Below, piece after piece: positions 43,667 to 54,715 of a stretch of DNA of 64,000 nt. The stretch is from Mayamaea pseudoterrestris (taxonomy: Eukaryota), in NCBI GenBank assembly GCA_027923505.1, contig BROI01000009.1, positions 496,001 through 560,000 on the forward strand, given 5' to 3'. The position numbers and the translations under genes are program-made. Within the stretch, counting starts at the first letter, position 1. Every line of letters begins with the position of its first letter. The notes below the pieces were generated by a model. The model had not been told where the DNA came from. It did no database searches and was given only the letters and a program-made list of their open reading frames with translations.

Positions 43667-45247
43667 ATGCCGGGGCAGCCCGAATCAGCGCCTCTTGGCG
43701 TAAATGGCGTCACTGCCGTCGAACCGCGGCGCTCGTTCGTTTCGCGGTGCTGGACCTGCATCTGTCTGCTTCTCGCTTCCTTCCAAACAATAATCATTGG
43801 AGGCCTCATTGTCGCTCTTGTATTCTTGGGTCTTCAAGTCCAATTCGTTACTTACGAGTTAGTCGATGTTCAAAACCAAGTCAAGACGCTTCAAGATAGT
43901 CTTCAGAACCAAACGCAGGGACAAATTGATGAATTATCTAAATCAGTCGAACAGGAACATTCGCTGACGCTTTACCAGATGGCTGGAACCTTCTCCATGT
44001 TGACTTGTCTACTGACCATGTTTCACATGTCCAATCACTTGCGAAACTACTACGAGCCGCTCATTCAGCGCAAGATTGTTGCACTTCTTTGGATGAGTCC
44101 AATCTACTCGCTGACTTCATTTTTGAGTCTAGTTTTTCCAGCCGCGAATAGTTACTTGGCCATTATACGAGAGTTTTATGAAGGTAAGGTGGCTTGTGCG
44201 ACACGCGACAGCTACGAGTGCGCTGCTGATTGCCCGTCTCTTATGTTCGTCGATCGACCGGCATTTGCATTTCACTCACCTTGGCAATCTTTCCACGCAC
44301 GCGCTTCATTAGCATACGCCATTTTCACCTTTCTCAGCTTTCTGATTGCTGTTTTGGGACGCGGCGATCGCCAAGCGGCTGTTGACACTTTGGCACTGGA
44401 TGCCAGTCACCTTCAGGAACCGACAAAGTGGCTTCGCGCCTGGTACCACCCACCGCCGGAAACGAGTGACATGGCCAAGGCTAATGCCGTCATTACGGAA
44501 TGCACTATACTGTGCATGCAGTATGTGTTTGTGCGACCAATTACAGCAATTATTTCGTTCGTGGCAACGACTATTGTGGAAACGCAGTTTGAATCATCTT
44601 CAACGCATGGAGCTACTACGTCGCACAGTAGCAACTGGCAGTACTTTACCAGCCCATCCTTTTACTGCGACATGATTATGAACGTTTCAATTATATTTGC
44701 TTTTAATGGACTCCTCAAGTTTCACCACGCCGTCGACAAGCAACTTGCCTGGTGCCAGCCTTTTCAAAAGTTCATCACCGTCAAGGCTGTGGTATTCTTG
44801 ACCTTTTGGCAGGGACTGTTGATCAATATTGTCGTTCAGCTTCAAGCATCGGACGATATGGTGGATTTGGACGTGGAGCAGCAAGCCTCTCAGATTCAAA
44901 ACTTTTTGATCTGCCTCGAAATGCTTTTGTTTTCAATTGCGCACTGGTGTGTCTTTCCCGTCGAAGAGTGGGAGCCGGATTATCGACCAAAAAAGTACGC
45001 CAAGCCTGGGATTGGACTCAAAGATTTTGCCAAGGACGTTGGTTACATTATGTCGTCTCGCAGCGATGCCAGGCGATATCGCAAGCGGGCGGATTCGTAC
45101 CAAAGTACCTGCAGCGATGCACCAGAGTCGATTGATTTGGAACTCGCCGACGATGACAATTACCACGTGGACGACCAACAGGCAGATTATGTTGAAGTGA
45201 CGCGACCAGATACACTTTCACCATCGTCCCGTCGTGAAATTCTATAG
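43667..45247 (+). CDS. TMEM184 / organic solute transporter alpha family membrane protein; 2 exons (43667-44183, 44313-45247), ~483 aa
   Basis: Motifs HLRNYYEPLIQRKIVALLWMSPIYS, REFYE/AYAIFTF, KFITVKAVVFLTFWQG and IQNFLICLEMLLFSIAH. 129-bp GTAAGG...TTAG intron. Confidence 0.92.
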   Translation: MPGQPESAPLGVNGVTAVEPRRSFVSRCWTCICLLLASFQTIIIGGLIVALVFLGLQVQFVTYELVDVQNQVKTLQDSLQNQTQGQIDELSKSVEQEHSLTLYQMAGTFSMLTCLLTMFHMSNHLRNYYEPLIQRKIVALLWMSPIYSLTSFLSLVFPAANSYLAIIREFYEGKVACATRDSYECAADCPSLMFVDRPAFAFHSPWQSFHARASLAYAIFTFLSFLIAVLGRGDRQAAVDTLALDASHLQEPTKWLRAWYHPPPETSDMAKANAVITECTILCMQYVFVRPITAIISFVATTIVETQFESSSTHGATTSHSSNWQYFTSPSFYCDMIMNVSIIFAFNGLLKFHHAVDKQLAWCQPFQKFITVKAVVFLTFWQGLLINIVVQLQASDDMVDLDVEQQASQIQNFLICLEMLLFSIAHWCVFPVEEWEPDYRPKKYAKPGIGLKDFAKDVGYIMSSRSDARRYRKRADSYQSTCSDAPESIDLELADDDNYHVDDQQADYVEVTRPDTLSPSSRREIL

Positions 45248-45379
45248 GGCGCAACCGCTTACTGTTAGTGCAGCTCGCCAGTGAGGCTGAACGAACATGA
45301 ACGTGCTTATATAGATAATATCATACATGGTTTTATAAACTACTTTTAAGTTGCGTACGCGATAACAATAACATCGCCA

Positions 45380-46894
45380 TCACCCATGGTCCACTTCAGC
45401 TTGCCTTGCCTTGTCGGCTTTTTTTCGAATTGTGTTTAGCAGTCCCCAAACCTCTTGCACGTTCCTACTCGAAAACCTATATTGAACATTCTCGACCTTT
45501 TGCTTATTGTTAGATGAATGATAAAGTAAATGCTTTGAGAATGCATCGACCTCAAGCATGACTACTCGCTGCAAATTGCATCCCAATACACCAGCGATTT
45601 GAATGCCCCCGCTCCAGTATTCCACAGTCTTGCTATTTAAACCATCATTCGTGTGGTGTGGCTTTGTAAACGGAGGTAGGAATCCACCCCGACACCACCG
45701 ACGATGCCAATCGACAATTTGCCGGCGCGTCGCCATCCATCCACCCTGATTAGACATGTACAAGCTCGTCTTCTTGTCGGGACGTACCGTAAAGTAACCA
45801 TCACGACCGGTCCAGTAGTCGCCAATGACAAAATTGGGATCCGCGTAGTACTGGTCCGAGTTGCCGCCAAGCAGCAACGCCCATTGATCATTGGGTAAAT
45901 TGCGAACGCCAAGGGCTTCAATTGACGTTTCCCAAAAATACAGTTGCTCAGCCGTCGGCGCAAGCGGAATATGTACGTTGACAGACTCTGGCGAGACGTG
46001 ACAGCAAACGGAAGCATTGATTCGACCCAGTGTACTTCTCCTGCGATCATTCCAAGTATAGTCGAGTGGAATCTGCGGTTGCTTGCTGCGAGAGTGAGGA
46101 TGGTAATGGTTCAAGACGGCTTCCACTCGAATAAATCCTGGAACGAGGCGCTCCAGCTGAATCTTACTCATGGGTCCGTAAAATACATTCTGCATGTCCT
46201 TGGTGTTTGTTGCGTTGCTATTGGTAGCAGCACTAACAGTGGTGTCGGGCGCAACTTGCCTCATCATATACCAATCCTGCGTCAGCTGCAGATAGTGCTG
46301 GACATGATCGGCCTTGACTATCATGTCGTCCTCAAAATTGACAAACAATTCATATTGACGAATCTTGTCTTTGATGACGTATCGGTGCTGTCGAGCAAGC
46401 GCTCGAGTGATTGGCCGCAGATGAGTCAAATTGGTGTCTGACGCGTATCCAAGCGGAGTAGCGTCGTCCCAAAATTGGAAACCGACTGATGGTGGCAATA
46501 CTCGACGAACCTGATCCAGTCGTTTCGCGGACAAGCTGTAGTGCGTGATCAAGCAAAGGTCGACAGCATATAGGTCATTCATCGACCGAGTCGACTCGCG
46601 GAGAACTGGAATGAGGGTCTCTGCGAAACGATCATATCCGAGTTGAGTCTCGCGCCGTCCATCGTCAAATTCGTGTATGGAAGTGACAATATAGAGGAGC
46701 TTTAGTTTGCGAATACCATGAAGGCGATCGGTACGAGAAGTCGAATTTCGTAACGTCTCTTTTAGTTGTCGTCGATGGATCCAATGTTCTGCGCCATGAC
46801 GCAGTCGCACATAGGCGGCACAAGCCAGCAGCAAAAGGCACCAAGAAACGATCAGGCGAGATGAACATTTTCTGAATGTCAGCAACCAACGCAT
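45380..46894 (-). CDS. Type II membrane putative glycosyltransferase-like protein, 504 aa
   Basis: Uninterrupted ORF with an N-terminal anchor (LIVSWCLLLLACAAYV), a DxD-like FVNFEDDM motif, and motifs NQGGWMATR and LLYHSSNNKQ. Confidence 0.72.
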   Translation of the reverse strand: MRWLLTFRKCSSRLIVSWCLLLLACAAYVRLRHGAEHWIHRRQLKETLRNSTSRTDRLHGIRKLKLLYIVTSIHEFDDGRRETQLGYDRFAETLIPVLRESTRSMNDLYAVDLCLITHYSLSAKRLDQVRRVLPPSVGFQFWDDATPLGYASDTNLTHLRPITRALARQHRYVIKDKIRQYELFVNFEDDMIVKADHVQHYLQLTQDWYMMRQVAPDTTVSAATNSNATNTKDMQNVFYGPMSKIQLERLVPGFIRVEAVLNHYHPHSRSKQPQIPLDYTWNDRRRSTLGRINASVCCHVSPESVNVHIPLAPTAEQLYFWETSIEALGVRNLPNDQWALLLGGNSDQYYADPNFVIGDYWTGRDGYFTVRPDKKTSLYMSNQGGWMATRRQIVDWHRRWCRGGFLPPFTKPHHTNDGLNSKTVEYWSGGIQIAGVLGCNLQRVVMLEVDAFSKHLLYHSSNNKQKVENVQYRFSSRNVQEVWGLLNTIRKKADKARQAEVDHG

Positions 46895-47738
46895 AGAGTT
46901 ATCAAGGACTCTACCGGTAGGTACAGGCTTTCGCTGGAAGGATTACGGTAGAAGAAGTTCGATGGCGTGTATGGCGGGCCATCATCACTCAGTACCGCTA
47001 CGATGCATGCTATCGTTTTCTTGTTCGCAATGCATTGCTCAAACAAATTAGCACGAAGAGGGACTTTCTTGATCAAGTCTCGTTTCGCATGAAACGTTAT
47101 ACTTTACAGACCTTTGTGGGCTCAATTCATTCAGTGGTCTGCATCAGGCAGCTCACTTGGACGAATAGACACAGCGAAAATTCTATCGACGAAACATCGA
47201 AAATATCGTTACTCACAGCCAGGTTCACGACAGTAACAGACAAAACTTAAAGAGAAAAAGACCACGCGATGAGTCGTGATGATCTCGCAGGCAGTCAGAC
47301 AGGCAATGGAAGCTACGATTGGCTATGTATAGGATTACGCAAAGAAAATCAAACTCGAATGCGAATCCGCCGACTTGCTAGTGTCAGTGTACACCGTCTT
47401 CAATTCAACAACTTTACTTGCTACTGGTTTAGTTGTATAGTTTGCTTTCATTCTCGACTTTGCGGCGGCAAATTCGCGACCTCGTTGGCATGTACATTGT
47501 CGGCCAAGTAGTTGATCTTAGTGTGTGGTGGCGACATAGCGCCGGCTTTCTCCATTTGTTGCATTCGCACAATGGATAAACAGTATGTCCTCCTATTCCC
47601 TGAATGCCATTTAGAGGCGCAGACTTTTCCAAGAGAAAACACTAGTATTTGGACCACTATGCTTTTTGTTGTGGCGCCAATACGAGTAGATCACCTTGTC
47701 CTATGTGAGAATCGATTGAAACGTATTGAAAGGTTGGT

Positions 47739-48350
47739 TGCGGCTGCGGCGGACCGCAGCGTACCATGTCATTTTGACATTGCATTGACTAAAAGTTCAA
47801 GTGCGACTGCGGTTGACGGTACATTCACTGCTGACAGACACAGCCGCCAAAAAGTGCAGCTGCGGTGGAGGTGTCGTTGTTGAAGACAAATCATTGACGC
47901 CAAAACGTACAAGTTGGATGATTGTGGCTGCAATGGAGCATGAGAACTATGCGGGCTTTTAACTCAAGATGGAAGAGATGGGTGTGGCGCCGCGGACCCA
48001 AAAAATCTTGGTGGCCATTCAATTGAACGGGACTCTTATTAGGCATTGGTTGAGCTGCGGTGGACCGCAAAGTTCTTTCGAACCATTATCAAAGCAAGAC
48101 AGCTGTGAACGAATTGCTTTGGCTGCGGTTGACCGTTGACCGCAACACTTTTGCTGACCGTCCAACACATCGGAATAAAGAGGTGTTTGTGCGTCCGCAG
48201 TGCACACTAAAATTCTTGTGACATTTCATTGACCACCGCTGTGGACGTGCGCTGCGGTTGCCGTGGAACTTTGAGTCACCGCATACCATCCATTGGCGCA
48301 TCATTGGCGCATCATGGCTGTAACAAAAAGGGTGCAGCTGCGGTCGACGA
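47739..48350. repeat. Array of ~9-10 degenerate semi-palindromic motifs (consensus TGCRGCTGCGGTKGAC(CGCA)) spaced ~55-85 bp apart
   Basis: Copies start near 47739, 47802, 47855, 47923, 47983 (weak), 48050, 48118, 48189 (inverted, weak), 48248 and 48333. Confidence 0.65.
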
Positions 48351-50120
48351 TCGTTCCCGTGGTGTCCATCCATATCGTCAACATCTGTCCGCGTAGGAGG
48401 GAGTTTATTTGGATAATGATCGTAGGTATGGAGTTGCCGACGCTTGATGATCGTTGCCTGGTAATTTACCAAGGTGAATTGTTGTTCGTGATTCGCGCTG
48501 CTTCCAACAAGGCCGGTGACTCACTCAAGCCTTTTTGATGGCGCCCATCAATGACCTATCACCTATCACCACGCTACCGGCAGTCAAGTGCTGGCATGCC
48601 CAAACACAAGCAGCAGCGGCCTTTCCAAAGCATTGGTCCAGCTGCTGTTCTTTCAGCGTATGGATGACAAGTTGACGCAGCGACGGGCCGTCAACAAGAA
48701 AGTTATGAAATGTTGTTCTTGCACATGCCTATGTTGCCTCAAAATTTTCTTGTGATTTAAGTTTAGACTGGCATGACTCAGGCAAATGCCATCGAAATAC
48801 CTTAGCAAACAATACGGGGCTAGTCATCCATCGATAGAAAAACATCAAGTCGCCATCGTCTGCAAAGTAATTTTTGATAATGCAATAGCTCTGGAAACTT
48901 GAAACGCTGGCAGGAAGACGCCAATCCCTGCCCCGCATTTTTACCAGAGTCATCTTTAAGAATTGAGATGCGGCAATCGCATCGCTACGAGGCTGCAGCT
49001 ACACTCCTCGTCGACCAGACATGATTGATCCAACGACGCAAGATTATGCGCCACCATGAAATGATTTGAGCAACTGTGATCAAAATCGCAATCGGATAAG
49101 AAAGGCTTGCCAAAAATAATTAATACTCATGGCAGCTGAACCTGTTTCAGCCCCATGCCATTTCGTTGCTCGCCATTACGGTATATCAAAAATAGTGTTG
49201 TCAAGTCAGCCACGAAAAGGAAATACGCTTGCATGCGACGACCTCGTAATTGGCGTACCAATTCCTCGATTTGGTGGCTCGCGGACGACGAACCGCCGTC
49301 GAAATCACGCTTGGACTCGAGACCCGACACTTCTGTTCTTCCACGTTCTTGAGCGGCACTTGTGATAGTAAAAGGGCCGGCTACTTGTAATTGTGCACGG
49401 AGTAGTGTTGTAAACAAGCAATCAAGCCCCAATTTGGTGCAAAACGTGTTGCTTCTTCGATTTGCCTTGTCACCAGCCTGGAACCTTCCTTTGCTCGTCT
49501 TTGTCTAAATTGCGCCAAATGAACGAACTTGGCGTATCAAACAGTGAGCGGCTTTCCGCAATAGTTTTTAGCCTTGTGCGAGAAGCGCCGTGATGACGCG
49601 ATAGCCCACGCTAGGATGAAGAATCCGCGACTGCGTCAAGTCGGACCAGTGCACGATCGGTAACCTACGACGTACGTCTTATCATAGCTGATCCTTTTTC
49701 CATCGCATATTTTGCCAACGTGAAAAGTAACTTCAGAAGAAATGGCAAGCATTTGACCTTCGAGCATTGAAGTTGCCATGGGAGAGCTAAACAAATGGCC
49801 CGTGCGGCCATTGGAGTTTCAGTCAATGGAATGCAAAAATGACGTGGCGTTCGTTTTCCAAGTAAGCAATAGTCATGATAGTTTTCATGTTCTCGACATG
49901 CACGATTGTTTTGTATAGCCTCCGTCTTTCATCGTCATATTTACATTGCCCCCGAGCCATTGATTCTGTTGTCCTTAAAGCGGGGATTGAACAGTGCGGC
50001 TTCGACTCCACTCAGACAAACCGGGATCATCCCATGGTGTTCATCGGAGTGCTTGGCCAACCTGGTGTTCCTTTACTGGACAACATTTGCAAAAGGGAAG
50101 TCTATTTGAGTAAATAGCCG

Positions 50121-51129
50121 ATGACACCGTCGAAAATTGAGCATCAAGCGCAATATAGTGCTGCTGCAAAGTCCTTTGGCAGCGTCGACAATTCGGAAAC
50201 CGATCGCCGCACTGGTGAGTCGCAAGGCACCATCATTTTTTGAATCAACTGCTACGGCAGGCGTTTGTGGAAGAGTGGTAGAGAAAATGCGATATCCCTT
50301 GGATAAAATGAGCATGGAATGCATATTCTTTTGTCAAGCGGCAGCCATGTTTCTAAAGTAAACAGCTCACAGCTCACTGATGCTTACTCTCAAACCATTT
50401 CCGGCAGGCACCTCTATAAATATCAACGTTGAAAAGCTGAACGATGCCATGAAAGACAAGATACATATTAAGAATGCGCCCATGTCGGCCACAGCCATTG
50501 TCCAGCAACGACGGCTTGAGGCAAAGCGAGAATATAGTAAGTCAGCCGATAGACGTCACATTTGTATGATACGAGGATGAGTCTTTTTCTCAAGCGATCA
50601 TATGCTTCCCCTTCACCTCGCAGACCGCAAGAATGCAGCCCTGACCCGTCGGCGCACCAAAGCTCAAATTGAGGATCTCCAGAGTCAGCTGAATGAATCA
50701 ACTAGTAAGAACAGCATGCTGACGCAAATTAACGCGGAACTGGTCGGCCAGCTCGAAATGCTGACGCAAGAAAACGTCGCGCTCCGACAAAGACTGAGTA
50801 TTAGCAATCTTCAAAGCGTTGCTCATCAAGCTGGACCATTCTTGTCGAGTACGTCATTGTCTTGGCCCATCGACTCGGCATCGACTTCTTCCATGGCACT
50901 TGGTCTCGTTCACCAACGCAATGCTAGTACTACAAGCTTGCTGGCGAGCCACTTTCCGGATCCTCTGTCGGCTAGCAGTCTGTTTCCGAGTAGTATTGGC
51001 AGTGCCGGTGCATTGCTTGGACGACACGAACGTCGCGAGTCGCAGCAAAACCAGTTGCTTCACGCGCTCTTGCTGCAGCAGGAGCGCGACAAGGCCGGCC
51101 TTCGAGATCACATGTATGACAAGCCATAG
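50121..51129 (+). CDS. bZIP transcription factor; 3 exons (50121-50214, 50408-50536, 50624-51129), ~242 aa
   Basis: Spliced basic region RRLEAKREY-N-RKNAALTRRRTKAQ followed by a leucine zipper (IEDLQSQLNESTSKNSMLTQINAELVGQLEML). Two phase-1 GT-AG introns. Confidence 0.85.
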
Positions 51130-51517
51130 ACTATTTCTTATTGGCGAATTCTTGTAGTAATTGAACCGTTTTGTATCAGTAAATATATACTGTATCTATG
51201 CTGCCAGCACTCATAGCTCATCCGAACACCCAAAAGGTTCCATGGCTGAGGTGCGTGCGTGCGTTGCTTGATGCCAAACCAGTTGGAGTTCGAATGTGCT
51301 CTCCACTCTCGTAGTTACACTCTGAGTTGATTTTTAGCAAGATGGATTGCCATCATCGTGGAATATTGTAATAATATAATAGCTGATGCCGTAATGTTTT
51401 ATTGAGTATTCATGATCGATAACGAGTATTCACCACAGCCTTTGCCGCAAGCGCACGAGCCTACTTATCAGATTCGGCGAGCCCTCCATCGACACGTTTG
51501 GCGAGCTTCCATCGACC

Positions 51518-52447
51518 ATGGAAAATCTTTCCACTCTATTGAACGTGCCCAACAACTCCAACAAAATGACGCTATCTAATTCTACAAGATTACGACGCCT
51601 TTTTACGATGCTTTGGATCACCTCGCCGTTGCAGGCATCTCCACTTGTGGGAGAATGCTTGAACACCAACGCCATCAACCAAGAACCAATCACCGATTTG
51701 CGGGAAACAGTACAGCGAGCCACGACACAAGAGGAGGAGGACCCCACGGCAAATTACACTGTGAATGATCTTTGGACGTATTACTTCCAATGTGACGATA
51801 TATTCGAAGACGAACGACCCGTCCACAACGAATCCATGTGGATGCTTTTGCGAGGCGTCTACCAAGGCATTGTAGGTCCAGCGAAAGCATCCATTGCACA
51901 GCCACTATCGACTGTTTCAGGCTTTTACATCGACTATGATGTGGATCAAACAGACGATAAAGGACGAGGTGTCTTTGCCGACCAAGACATTCGCAAGGGT
52001 CAGCTAGTTTACACGGCGCGTCGGCAAATGGCCAAATTTTCGAATGGATACGAATATCGAAGGTTTCTTCGTTCCATTCCAGCCGACTTGGCCTGCGATG
52101 TCATACAGTGGGCGTATGTGGAGAATTTGACGAAGGATAACTTGACAATCTGCTGCGATTTGGACGAGGGGTCCATTATTAACGATGGGGGTAAGGAAGA
52201 GGGAAATATTGGTTGCGATCCAGAGCAAGCGAAACTACACGAAGGAGGATGCGACTTGAATTATTTCGCGCTTCGTGACATAAAGAAAAATGAGGAGCTA
52301 CGTAGTGTACTAAATTTTTATTCATGTATCGCTTTGTCTGCGTATCTACATTCAACATCCACCTTTACGGAAATATCAACAACATACACAAAGTGGCTTA
52401 CGCATTGCGTCGCGCTTGGATCCTGGCCCACTCTTGACCCATCTTGA
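51518..52447 (+). CDS. SET-domain methyltransferase-like protein with a possible signal peptide (3' end uncertain)
   Basis: Motifs KGRGVFADQDIRKGQLV, CCDLDEGSIIND and YFALRDIKKNEEL. The tail after EEL lacks the usual post-SET Tyr motif, and the ORF overlaps the convergent gene by 50 bp. Confidence 0.78.
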   Translation: MENLSTLLNVPNNSNKMTLSNSTRLRRLFTMLWITSPLQASPLVGECLNTNAINQEPITDLRETVQRATTQEEEDPTANYTVNDLWTYYFQCDDIFEDERPVHNESMWMLLRGVYQGIVGPAKASIAQPLSTVSGFYIDYDVDQTDDKGRGVFADQDIRKGQLVYTARRQMAKFSNGYEYRRFLRSIPADLACDVIQWAYVENLTKDNLTICCDLDEGSIINDGGKEEGNIGCDPEQAKLHEGGCDLNYFALRDIKKNEELRSVLNFYSCIALSAYLHSTSTFTEISTTYTKWLTHCVALGSWPTLDPS

Positions 52448-54101
52448 CAACCCACCCGAGGACACCGACAGCAACAATGCCATGCTGCCACCACACCATG
52501 GCATCGTTTAAATATAATGACACTGTGCATCCAACGTACACAGTCGCAGAGCTCATAACATTGCCGGTCATCCAGCCGAAGGAAGGAACTTTTCCTTCGA
52601 ATTCGGCAAACAACGTTCCCAAAACGCCGCAGAGCAAGAAAGCCGCAACCTGCGGGTGAAAGCATATCATGCTCGGTTGGTATGGACTTGTAATGAGCCA
52701 GCTTCCAGGAGTGTTATATAACGTGCCAAAGGCCATCACAAATCCGAAGGCCCAAAAGCCCAGAAACTGAACTTTAGGGTAGCCGACGCATGTAATGGCG
52801 TACACCGCAAACGCAATCACCATTGCGGCAATTATGAAAAATCCAAAAGCCCTGTGAATGCGTTCAAACTCAATTTGTTCCTTCGCCGCAGCTTCTGCAG
52901 CAGCTATAGCAGCCATTTCAGCAGCATATATAGGATCAATAACTTCCACTTCAATCGTGCGAGGCCAAAGGCTGTAGGTAAACAGATCCATGCATTCATT
53001 GATACCATCACAAAAGGGCTTTGGCCTGTCCCACCAATACAAATTAGAGTTTCTGGACATGGCGCGGTTTGTCCGGTAAAAAGCAAAGCAGTTCAAGAAC
53101 GAGTGGCACCTGGGAATGACCCTTCCCGTTTTGGGATGATGAGTCAACAGCTGTTGCGCTTTGACATACCTAGGACCATAACTATCGGTCGTGGGAGTCT
53201 CGCTTGGAGTCATCATGGTGGGGGTCACACCCAAGGGCTTGGTAAACTTTTTCGTAGCCGTGGAAGGCACCAAGTCACGCGGATCACTCGGAAGAGGATC
53301 GACGCCCGACCTGTCCACAACACTCGAATCAATCTTGGACCGCTCATCGCTCTCGGGGTTTCGAGTCAGCGATGGCGAATCCTCTGCATCGAGCCCAGCA
53401 GAATCGTCCTGCTGGCCTTGCTTGAAAGGTGACTTGTCCAACGCGCGCTTGATAAGAGCCTTGGTAGGCGACGCGACGCGCTCGAGGCTTCGAGACAGCG
53501 AATGCGTCGCCTTCAACCAAACACTCTCAATCTCATGCTTGATTTGCTTATACGAGTGACTCTTCGAAACTTTGCCATCTTGCTCGTCCACTGTCGGCTG
53601 CTGATTGTTGACTGTGACTTGATATTCTTCGTTCGTGACCTCCAACAAGATGCGAAGAAGAAACTTTTCCACGCATTCCGCATACGACTCGCACTGAATA
53701 CTGTTTTGGCTTAATGCAGGAGCGTCCTTCGTAGAGCTCGACTGCGTCGTCAAGGCGGCTTCCTCGTCCATGGCAACCGTCCTTTGCAAGGCCGCCAAAT
53801 CGTCCAAGAGCACGCCCATGCAGTCAACCGCCGACGTGCAGTTGCGTTTCATCGTGGCAATGAATGCAGGCGTCTCTTCTGACTCAACGAGAAACAAGGA
53901 GCGAGCATTGTGACTGGGATGGCGGATATACTTGTCGGCGTTTCGCCCGCCGCGAACTGGAATCAAGGGAGCTGGCGGAGCTGGCTTGATGGCCTGGTAG
54001 TAGTGGATACCATGCTGTATGATCTCACTTGGAGCGTCAACGACTGGAGCTTGTGTGGACGCAAAGGCGACTTGGAGCGCCAGGACCGACAAGGACACCA
54101 T
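52398..54101 (-). CDS. Hypothetical secretory-pathway membrane protein, 567 aa (signal peptide, lumenal region with four Cx5C motifs, ~5 C-terminal TM helices)
   Basis: Uninterrupted ATG-initiated ORF with leader MVSLSVLALQVAFAS and hydrophobic C-terminal segments. Confidence 0.72.
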   Translation of the reverse strand: MVSLSVLALQVAFASTQAPVVDAPSEIIQHGIHYYQAIKPAPPAPLIPVRGGRNADKYIRHPSHNARSLFLVESEETPAFIATMKRNCTSAVDCMGVLLDDLAALQRTVAMDEEAALTTQSSSTKDAPALSQNSIQCESYAECVEKFLLRILLEVTNEEYQVTVNNQQPTVDEQDGKVSKSHSYKQIKHEIESVWLKATHSLSRSLERVASPTKALIKRALDKSPFKQGQQDDSAGLDAEDSPSLTRNPESDERSKIDSSVVDRSGVDPLPSDPRDLVPSTATKKFTKPLGVTPTMMTPSETPTTDSYGPRYVKAQQLLTHHPKTGRVIPRCHSFLNCFAFYRTNRAMSRNSNLYWWDRPKPFCDGINECMDLFTYSLWPRTIEVEVIDPIYAAEMAAIAAAEAAAKEQIEFERIHRAFGFFIIAAMVIAFAVYAITCVGYPKVQFLGFWAFGFVMAFGTLYNTPGSWLITSPYQPSMICFHPQVAAFLLCGVLGTLFAEFEGKVPSFGWMTGNVMSSATVYVGCTVSLYLNDAMVWWQHGIVAVGVLGWVVKMGQEWARIQARRNA

Positions 54102-54715
54102 TGTGACTGTTGTTGTTGCTTGTTAATGGGAATGTAGGCTTGCCTGATTGTCTTTTGTCTGGTAAGTGTCGCTTCACTTGGTCGGATAGAATGACGAGTG
54201 GGGTATCCTCCACGATGAATTTTGTGCGCAGCGAAATAAAGTGAGAGAATACGACCGACCGGTCGCAGTCAATCACGACTGGTCGACGGTCGACCGTTTC
54301 TCGCTGGTCGACCGGTTTTGTCCGTTTTTTGCTCGTGGCTCGTGGGAGTTCCGAGAAGCACCTCTATTGCAGGCAAAAGAGAGGAGCGTCTCTCGATCCT
54401 GTCGTTCCATGTCAAACTTATATTGTTGTAGTTAAAAGTGGAACGACGAGGCACTACCGTGGTCGACAATGGCGGATCTACTGGAATGAGCGCCATGGTG
54501 ACGGAAGGGTGAAGATGAATGCATCGTCGTGGGCGAAACGCCTGTTGTTAGTACCGGTCCGACTCAATTTTGGCGACGCGTGCCATGTCGCGCCAGTCGT
54601 CCCACGCACGATTCGCAAGCTGCTTCATTGAAACACTTCGGTTCGGCGGATACGGCGGTCCAGCTCCATCTCGAAACGGATCCAACTCGTAGAGCATTGA
54701 GCAGCATTAGAAATC

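Noticed and set aside
47739..48350. CRISPR array
   Set aside because: The repeats are short and very degenerate, spacing is irregular, one copy is inverted, there are no cas genes, and the context is eukaryotic. Kept only as a motif array.
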